Assembly: GCA_964016885.1 (NCBI GenBank)
Contig: CAXHJY010001522.1
Span: 1-31,864 of the forward strand
Source of the DNA: Eledone cirrhosa
Lineage: Eukaryota
Reading direction: 5' to 3'
DNA length: 31,864 nucleotides
In this document: one piece after another, positions 1 through 8,137 of the stretch
Layout of the letters: each line of letters starts with the position of its first letter
How positions within the stretch are numbered: position 1 is the stretch's first letter
The notes under the pieces: model-generated
What the model saw: the letters and a program-made list of their open reading frames with translations, nothing else
Databases searched by the model: none
What the model was told of the DNA's origin: nothing
Program-made: the position numbers and the translations under genes

Positions 1-559
1 TCTAGGAATAATGTAGGGTGGTCACACCTGGAACACCCCTCAATTATAAATCTGCAGATAATGGCAGACCCGAGACTAAATAACTATAACAACCTATCTG
101 TAGATTGAATATGTTTCAATAAAAACAAACAAAAACATTCCCATTAACTCACATGTTTACCCCCCCCCCCCCCCCCATACACCAACATATTTTTATTCCC
201 TGTTTTAGAAGACAATATTAGTTATTATATTGTGTCTTCTAATTTATCCATTTTTACCAATTCAGTTAAAAGTAAACTTTATAGAAATCAACAAGATACT
301 GTAATCTTATACTCACCAACCAACTTCAAACCATTTTCTTCCTAATTGTTTTGCTACCTTCCACAGGACTTTTTTTTCTCTTTAAGATTTTGAGACCCTG
401 AAAATATATTTCCCAAGTTTTTTTTCCCAACTCACTCAACAAACATTAGGAAATAAGTGATTATATTCCCAATTATGCGTTCGGGGTGCTAACTAAAAGT
501 ATTGCGTGGAAAATTGGCTGTATTATTACTATTACTATTATTATTATTACTATTACTAT

Positions 560-1333
560 CGAATTAAAGAGATTTCTTCATTTAGAAGCCATTTCTGTAT
601 TAAATATGGTATATAATCTAACAATACCCCTCATATTAAGGATTTTTAGTCTTGTAGAAGCCATTTCTGTAGTAAATATTGCTTTATACTACTATTTGAT
701 TTGAATTAAAGAGTTCTAGTCCTTTAGAACCGATTTCTGTATTAAATATGGCATATAATGTAATAATAACCTTCATATTAATGAGTTTTATTCTTGTAGA
801 AGCTATTTCTGTATTAAATATTGCATATACACTACCATTTCAATCGAATTAATGAGATACCTCCATTTAGAAGCCATCTCTGTATTAAATATGGCACATA
901 TACTACTAATACCCCTCATATTAATTAGTTTTAGTCCTCTAGAAGCTATTTCTGTATTAAATATTGCATAGACACTACTATTTCCATCAAATTAACGAGT
1001 CCCTGAATTTAAAAGCCATTTCTGTATTAAATATGTTATATAATCTACTAATACCCTCATATTAATGAGTCCTTTAGAAGGCATTTCTGTATTAAACATA
1101 GGATATATACTACTATTTTATTCAATTTAAAGAGTTCTAGTCCTTTAGAAGCCATTTCTGTATTAAATATGGCATATAAACTGTAATACCCCTCATATTA
1201 ATGAGTTTTAGTCTTGTAGAAGCCATTTCTCTATTAAATATGGCATATAATCTACTAATACCCCTCATATTAATGAGTTTTAGTCCTGTAGAATCCATAT
1301 CTATATTACATATTGGATATAAACTACTATTTC
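560..1333. repeat. AT-rich tandem repeat, ~71-bp unit (two alternating subtypes), ~11 copies
   Basis: Motif GAAGCCATTTCTGTATTAAATAT or a close variant recurs at ~585, 657, 728, 799, 870, 942, 1012, 1078, 1149, 1219, 1291. Confidence 0.9.
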
Positions 1334-1657
1334 CACAGTAACGTTAGGAAGGCCCAGAACAAGTATATGAAATGCTACACTTAGTACACAGTAATGTAAG
1401 GAAGGCTCTGAACAAAGATGTTAAAATCTACACTCAGTACACAGTAATGTTAGGAAGGCCCAGAACAAGGATGTTAAAATCTACACTCAGTACACACTAA
1501 TGTCAGGAAGGCCCCGAACAAGGATATAATATGCTACACTTAGTACACAGCAATGTTAAGATGGCCCTGAACAAGGATATAAAATGCTACCCTTAGTACA
1601 CAGTAATGTCAGGAAGGCCCTGAACAAGGATATAATATGCTACACTTAGTACACAGA
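1334..1657. repeat. Minisatellite, ~53-bp unit, ~6 copies
   Basis: CACAGTAATGTTAGGAAGGCCC.GAACAAGGAT...CTACACTTAGTA recurs about every 53 bp (1334, 1387, 1440, 1493, 1546, 1598). Confidence 0.9.
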
Positions 1658-1769
1658 GGTGTAGCAGGCAGGTATGACCCCATCACTCATTATAAAACCT
1701 GGTAGAGTACATCACCTCTCCAGGTCTTAATAAAACAGACAGAGAGTGAGAAAGAGATATAGAGGAAGA

Positions 1770-1910
1770 ATTAACCCCTAGTATTTGACTGGTACGTTAT
1801 TATCAACCCCGAATGGAAGAAAAGTAAAGTTGAACTCAGATTGAAGAACTGGAAAAAATACTACAAAGAATTCTATGTGATGTTCTAACAACTTTACCAG
1901 ATTACCTTAT
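1770..1910 (-). mobile_element. Degenerate tRNA-derived SINE fragment
   Basis: ACTGGTAC.TTATTATCAACCCCGAATGGAAGAAAAGTAAAGTTGAACTCAGA is a diverged match to the copies at 13346-13485 and 27558-27617. Confidence 0.55.
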
Positions 1911-2201
1911 GTATATATATTTGTCTCTAGAGATAAGAAACACTGAAGAAGTTTAGTATGAACCCCCTTAGAGTATCTCCTGAGCAGGATTGAACCCCAG
2001 ACCAGAACCTCCACCATCTCTCGTATCTCCCACCAGACCACCATGAAGGATATAAGAATCTACTGAAATTTAATACTTATAAACCTACTTTCAAAATAGA
2101 AATAAAAATGATGTGGTGTTGGTCATGCCTTTCTTAATGTATTTGGTTTAAAAGGTAGTTAAACCTAAAATTTCAATATTCAAATAATTATTGAATAGAT
2201 A

Positions 2202-2910
2202 CACGTCGTTGTCAACGACATATTGAGAAGAAGCCTGGACGCAGCTGGCTTCCCATCACAACTGGGGCCAACAGGTCCCGGAGATGGCAAGCGCCCCGAC
2301 GGAATCACTCTCTTCCCATTCGAAGGACGTAGGTCCCTCATCTGGGACACCACCAGCTACGACACAATCTCCGCCTACAACTTCGTTTCCAAGTCGTTTC
2401 GGTCACAAACCCCGGCATCGCAGCCCACCTCGCAGAAGAACGTAAAATAAACAAATACCGAGGATTGTCCGGCCACTTCCTCTCTGCACCAGTCAACGTC
2501 GAGACCCCAGGAGTACTTGGACCTTGTACTGCCGAGCTCCTCCAAAAGATCGGAGAGTCAGCAGCCCATCTGAGGAGGGAACACCGCGAGGTTGGGTGGT
2601 TGTTGCATTGGGTATCTCTGGCCATCGTCCGCGAGAATATTTTTGCCGTCTTATCCGTGGGGCGCAGCATTTCTGCCCTCTTGCCCTAGACTCAAAGCTC
2701 AACCACCCTCCCCTCTCTCCTGCGACACCGGACCTCTTGCCATCCCCTCTCCTTCCCGTTCTGTTTTTTCTTTCTTTCTCTCTTCGATTTAATCAACTTT
2801 CCCCTCCCCCAAATTACTGGCCTTCCACCTTTACTAGAAACCATCATTATTATTGTTATTCTTACTGTAAATAATATCATGTTTATACAGTTTTGATAAG
2901 AAATAAATTG
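2202..2910 (+). mobile_element. 3' fragment of a restriction-like-endonuclease (RLE) non-LTR retrotransposon, CRE-like, frameshifted, with putative 3' UTR
   Basis: Translation HVVVNDILRRSL...DGKRPDGITLFPFEGRRSLIWDTT, then after a frameshift near 2395 AAHLAEERKINKYRGL...VETPGVLG...WVSLAIVRENIFAVL (stop 2689). RPD..D and K..KY motifs are typical of the RLE domain; the clade call is from recall. Confidence 0.75.
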
Positions 2911-3147
2911 TTCATTACAAACTTGTTTATATAATTATTAATTCTCAAAACACACACACTCATACGTATATATATATGATAAATATTCAGGACCCCGACG
3001 GCTGAGCTGTGGCTGTTTCAACAACTATTTTGGGATTCAACAAGCTGAAATTTTTTTATAACTGATATAAAGCACTCAACAGTTTAGTGGAGTAAATACA
3101 CAATATATTAATAAATGGAAAGACAACCTTAACGGTTGGAGCTTCCT

Positions 3148-3149
<2 letters not shown>

Positions 3150-3228
<79 letters not shown>

Positions 3229-3230
3229 TA
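3150..3230. repeat. (GA)n microsatellite
   Basis: Directly visible dinucleotide run. Confidence 0.95.
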
Positions 3231-3607
3231 TCCAGTACACTCTGTAAAGTGGTCATTAGGTTAAGATTAAACTGAAATCATACCTCCATTGGCATTGGTG
3301 TATATTTTCTGTTTGAATTCATTTCATTTTTCTTGTTTTTCTTCTATTCCATCTAAATATGAAAAAAATTATACAGGTCATTTCATCCTATCAAGAGGTC
3401 AATTTAAAAATACACTGAGATAGTACCTTAAAATAATGGTCAAAGAATTGTTTTGAAATAACTTACCTCTCTCTTACTGGTCATACCTGCAAAACATATT
3501 TAGCCAATCTCTCAGACATTTAAAAAGCTTTCAGGATGTCTATAAATATATAATTATATATATATACATACATACATACATACAGAGAGAATGAGAAAGA
3601 TACATAC

Positions 3608-3647
<40 letters not shown>

Positions 3648-3726
3648 ACATACATACATACATCCCTATCTATCTATCTATCTAGGGCGGGTAAAATTCC
3701 CGATATCCATGGACAATATCTCTTCA

Positions 3727-4456
3727 GCGTTCGTTTTTGGCCTCATCCGAGGAGTAATTTGCGTTGCTCCAGCGGTAACGAACGTCTTCTCGCGTCGCCG
3801 TTGGCAAAACGAGGGTAGCTACGGCTAAACCCAAGCCCGCCGCGGCGGTGGCGACGCAACGCGAGGTCAGAGGCATGACCCGACCGGGTCCACAACGAAA
3901 AGCCAAAACCTTCGTCGCAGCAGAAAGAGTGCGCGCGTCGTCGACCCGTCGTATATCGTCGTCAAGGCGTTTCTCCTGCGTTAAAATGACGGCTATTACG
4001 ATGGACGCGTATCTACTGCTGTGACGGAAAGCGGCTAATCGTCGAGGCCGAGGAGGAAGCGGCGGCGCGAGGCGTTCGTTTTTGGCGTCAACCGAGGAGT
4101 AATTTGCGTTGCTCCAGCGGTAACGAACGTCTTCTCGCGTCGCCGTAACGCGAGGTCAGCGGCATGACCTGACCGGGTCCACGACGAAAAGCCGAAACCT
4201 TCGTCGCAGCAAGGAAGAGTGCGCGCATCGTCGCCGTCGTAGATCGCCGTCAAACGCGGTGCAGGGCAATTAGGCGTTTCTCCTGCGTTAAAATGACGGC
4301 TATTACGACGGACGCGTATCTACTGCTGTGACGGAAAGTGGCTAATCGTCGAGGCCGAGGGTCGGCGAGGAGAAGGCGGCGCGAGGCGGGAAGGCGTTCG
4401 TTTTTGGCGTCAACCGAGGAGTAATTTGCGTTGCTCCAACGGTAACGAACGTCTTC
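3727..4456. repeat. CpG-rich tandem duplication, ~322-345-bp unit, ~2.2 copies
   Basis: GCGTTCGTTTTTGGC.TCA.CCGAGGAGTAATTTGCGTTGCTCCA.CGGTAACGAACGTCTTCT starts at 3727, 4072 and 4394. Confidence 0.9.
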
Positions 4457-4594
4457 TATCATGGGTCCGGTCGGGCGACGGCGGTCTGGAAAGGCAATTC
4501 TTTTGCCGCGACGGAAGCGCAATCGAAAGGCGGATCACGAAATGCGGCTAGCCGTCGAGAAAACGAAAACCAAAGAGGTTGGGGTTAGGGTAAG

Positions 4595-4757
4595 GGCCAG
4601 GTTTAGATGCGCGATGCTGCATGGTAGTGAGACACGGGCAGCAACTGCAGAGGACATGCGACGGCTGGAGAGAAATGAAGCAAGCATGCTCCGTTGGATG
4701 TGCAATGTCAATGTGCGGGAACGACCAAGCATAGACGAGTTGAGACAGAAACTGTAG
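4595..4757 (+). mobile_element. RTE-clade LINE C-terminal fragment
   Basis: CAMLHGSETRAATAEDMRRLERNEASMLRWMCNV..RERPSIDELRQKL matches the RTE post-RT motif (LYGSETW...E..MLRW). Confidence 0.85.
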
Positions 4758-5159
4758 ATCGGGCCATTGGAGACTAAAGACTAGCATGGAATGCTTGGAA
4801 AATTAGTGGGAGTAGAGAAGAATATACAGCCGCCGCCGCTAAGAGAGAAGCTAGACGTCAGGTGTACTTTGCATGGCAAGGAGGCTGATCGACGGGAAGA
4901 AGATCAAAGACGTGCGGTGTTCCGTATTGCGAGGCAGTGTGTCAGTGCAAATCAGGATTAAGTCTGTCCGCAATGATGCCGCTGGCTGTACTTTGTGTCA
5001 CGAATGAGTGTTGATGAGTAGAAAAGAGGACAAAACTCTATTCCGTCAGGGAAATGGCCATGTTCGATATGTAGAAAAGGAACTGGCATAAATTATATAA
5101 AATGTACACAATGCAGATCTAACTAACAGCATATTTTGATTATAATAAAACAAATAATA

Positions 5160-5200
<41 letters not shown>

Positions 5201-5711
5201 CAATCGGGATCACTTTGACTTCATGGAAGTTCCAAATCCTTTTCACCTCCCACTTTAGGTCCTGGTATCGGTTAATTTTCTCCCTCTCCTTCTCTTGCAC
5301 TCTCGTGTTGAACGGGCAGGCCACATCCACAATCAGACACGATCTTTTTTCTTTGTCCACAACCACCAGGTCAGGTCTATTGTGTTCCAGTTTTTTGTCC
5401 ATCTCCAAAAGTTTCCAGGGATGGTTAAAGAAAATCGGCCCCTTCACGCTTTTTGGAACGCTTCAAAAGGCATGCTTGCTTGGAACAGCAAGAACCCTCC
5501 GATACGTCCTGAATATCTGAGGCTGCAGGTAGTGGCTTGATATTCATTCCAACGGACTTTCCAGTTAACCAACATCAATGACTGAGATTCAAGGAATAAC
5601 AACAATAATAATAATAATAATTATCATTGTTCTTTTCTTCTATTGTATCCTCTGCCGTCTGTCATCTGAATAAGAAAAGAAAAGAAAAGAAAAAAAAAAC
5701 AATGTTAAAAA
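4754..5711 (+). repeat. Local duplication, copy 1, of 6684-7171 (RTE fossil + flank), interrupted by an RLE-LINE insertion
   Basis: Near-identical from GTAGATCGGGCCATTGGAGACTAAAG to ...AACAATGTTAAAAA in both copies. Copy 1 has ~20 extra bp near 5003-5022, a longer TAA run and ~400 extra bp inside that run. Confidence 0.92.
5201..5620 (+). mobile_element. 5'-truncated, 5'-inverted R4/Dong-like RLE non-LTR retrotransposon inserted in (TAA)n
   Basis: Minus strand ~5400-5201 reads DKKLEHNRPDLVVVDKEKRSCLIVDVACPF...EKINRYQDL..EVKRIW...VKVIPI. Plus strand 5401-5520 reads ISKSFQGWLKKIG...LQKACLLGTARTLRYVLNI*, then a short 3' UTR and a TAA tail. TAA repeats flank both sides. Confidence 0.85.
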
Positions 5712-5810
5712 TGTTGCATTTAGATACACTATGTCTGATAGCCACTAATACTAACTACTGTACTGTACATTAGATAATGTAGTCCTAGATAGGGTTTGAA
5801 ATGTTGGAAA

Positions 5811-5975
5811 TACACAAGGTTTGGCTGAAAACTTTGTAAGCTGACTGTGAAGGATTGATCATAGATCTGTGAAATCTTACATTAATTTCAATTCTTCTTA
5901 ATAACCACATTGTTTCATTCCAGGGACTATGTTGAAAAATAAACCTCATTTGGCGATTCCGTGAGAGTATTCCTG
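5811..5975 (-). mobile_element. Partial copy of the mariner-type MITE at 16038-16236
   Basis: Reverse complement matches the 16038-16236 interior (CCAAATGAGGTTTATTTTTCAACATAGTCCCTGGAA...TTAATAAGAAGA.TTGAAATTAATG); one degenerate TIR, GGTTTGGCTGAAAACTT. Confidence 0.75.
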
Positions 5976-6382
5976 CACGTCTCACTCCGTCTCAAGATAA
6001 CCGAGACATCACCAACAACCAACCCACGCTGTGGGAAACATTCCTCCCCGGGGCACACCCTGGTACTTCACACCCCATCTGTCTGTCTCGCTGCCTAACT
6101 ACCGAGAAATCCGGCTTCTGTGCTTGCCTGATTTGTAGGTTATTAGGCGGCAGTGAGGCAGGTTTGTGGAAGTTGGTTTTGCAAATGGTTAAAACACTTG
6201 CATCACAAAATTCAAGAAGCATCACTCCTTGTTTTATCTTTCTTGTCTTTACCTAGGCCTGCATAAGTTAGTGTTAGGGTTAGTGTTACAGTTGGGTTAG
6301 TGTTAATTGCTTCTGCTAGGTAAAGAAAAGAAAGACTTCATTTACAAGCAATTTTTACAAACAGCCACAATGACAGGACGGA

Positions 6383-7033
6383 GACATCGTTATGCTAGCA
6401 GGGGATTTCAATGGTCATGTTGGACAGCTCCAGGTATGATTGAGACATACAGGAAGATGTGGAAAAAAGAAAGGTCTGGAAGCTAAAAGAGATTTCACTA
6501 AAATAGAAATTTAGGAAAGCCCTTCAATATGTGTATGACGAAAAAGAAGACGATTCACAGTCGTATGACATACATGAGAACTCGATTTTCTTATGTGACA
6601 ACTTATTGCAGGCTACTGATTAAACTTGTGGCTGGATCAGAGTTCCAACCAGACAGAGAGTGACATGGTGGTGGGACAGCACGGTAGATCGGGCCATTGG
6701 AGACTAAAGGCTAGCATGGAATGCTTGGAAAATTAGTGGGAGTAGAGAAGAATATAAAGCCGCCGCTAAGAGAGAAGCTAGACGTCAGGTGTACTTAGCA
6801 TGGCAAGGAGGCTGATCGACGGGAAGAAGATCAAAGACGTGCGGTGTTCCGTATTGCGAGGCAGTGTGTCAGTGCAATTCGGGATTAAGTCTGTCCGCAA
6901 TGATGCCGCTGGCTGTACTTTGTGTCACGAAAGAGGACAAAACTCTATTCCGTCAGGGAAATGGCCATGTTCGATATGCAGAAAAGGAACTGGCATAAAT
7001 TATATAAAATGTACGCAATGCAGATCTAACTAA
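6383..7033 (+). mobile_element. Internally deleted RTE-clade LINE fossil
   Basis: DIVMLAGDFNGHVG (APE motif), TWWWDSTVDRAI...KREARRQVYLA (linker) and SGKWPCSICRKG..IKCTQC (Cys-rich motif), with stops and deletions. Confidence 0.85.
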
Positions 7034-7171
7034 CAGCATATTTTGATTATAATAAAACAAATAATAATAGTAATAATAATAATAATTATCTTTGTTCTTT
7101 TCTTCTGTTGTATCCTCTGCCGTTTGTCATCTGAATAAGAAAAGAAAAGAAAAACAAAACAATGTTAAAAA

Positions 7172-7175
<4 letters not shown>

Positions 7176-7206
<31 letters not shown>

Positions 7207-7655
7207 GTTAGGGTTGGGGTTGGGTTAGGGTTAGGGTTGGGTTAGGGTTATACGTTTATATCTCTCTCTCTCTGTCTCTCTCTCTACTACTAGAGAGAGA
7301 GGGGGGGGGGAAATAGAGAGGGGGGAATAGAGAGAGAGAGGGGAGAGAGAGAGAGAGAAGAGAGAGAGAGGTTAGGGTTGGGTTAGGGTTATACGTTTAT
7401 ATCTCTCTCTCTCTTTGTCTCTCTCTCTACTACTAGAGAGAGAGAGAGGGGGTGAGAGAGAGAGAGAGATGGGTTAGGGTTAGGTTAGGGTTAGGGTTGG
7501 GGTTAGGGTTGGGTTAGGGTTTGGTTAGGGTTATACGTTTATATCTCTCTCTCTTTGTCTCTCTCTACTACTAGAGAGAGAGAGGGGGGGGGGGAGAGAG
7601 AGACAGAGAGAGAGAGGGGGGATAGAGGGAGAGTGAGAGACAGGGAGAGAGACAG
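7176..7655. repeat. Composite (GA)n/(TTAGGG)n/(TC)n repeat, ~141-bp unit x3, interstitial telomeric sequence
   Basis: TTAGGG/TTGGGG runs at ~7205-7250, 7370-7390 and 7471-7532, each followed by ATACGTTTATATCTCTC...CTACTACTAGAGAG (7245, 7386, 7528). Confidence 0.9.
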
Positions 7656-7675
7656 ATATATATATATACACACAC

Positions 7676-7706
<31 letters not shown>

Positions 7707-7821
7707 CACACGTGTGTGTGTATATATATATATATATAAATACACACACACGTGTATATATATATATATATATACACACACGTGTGTGTATATATATATA
7801 AATATATATACACACACACAC

Positions 7822-7863
<42 letters not shown>

Positions 7864-7927
7864 GTGTGTGTGTATATATATATATATACATAAATACACA
7901 CACACGTGTGTATATATATATATATAC
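7656..7927. repeat. (TA)n(CA)nCG(TG)n palindromic compound microsatellite, left part
   Basis: Repeated CACACGTGTG cores separated by TA runs. Confidence 0.95.
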
Positions 7928-7928
7928 A

Positions 7929-8081
7929 GCACAAGATGAAAGTTTCAGTCTGCGTGATGATGGGCAGATCTGGAGGTTTGTCAAGGCGGGTGAAACGTGG
8001 AAGAGAGATACCAGCTGGTCTGAGTGTGATCTACCCACAATAACTGGCAATGTAAAAACTGCTACAACTCTGGGAAACTAA
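7929..8081 (+). CDS. C-terminal remnant of LINE ORF1 (AQDESFSLRDDGQIWRF...TATTLGN*)
   Basis: Open frame from the truncation point to TAA 8079-8081, directly upstream of and overlapping the ORF2 frame. Identity is inferred from position only. Confidence 0.6.
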   Translation, partial: AQDESFSLRDDGQIWRFVKAGETWKRDTSWSECDLPTITGNVKTATTLGN

Positions 8082-8137
8082 ACCAGAACAACCTGCCACC
8101 CTCTACACACCATCATAGACTGCGAGCAGGGTACAAA

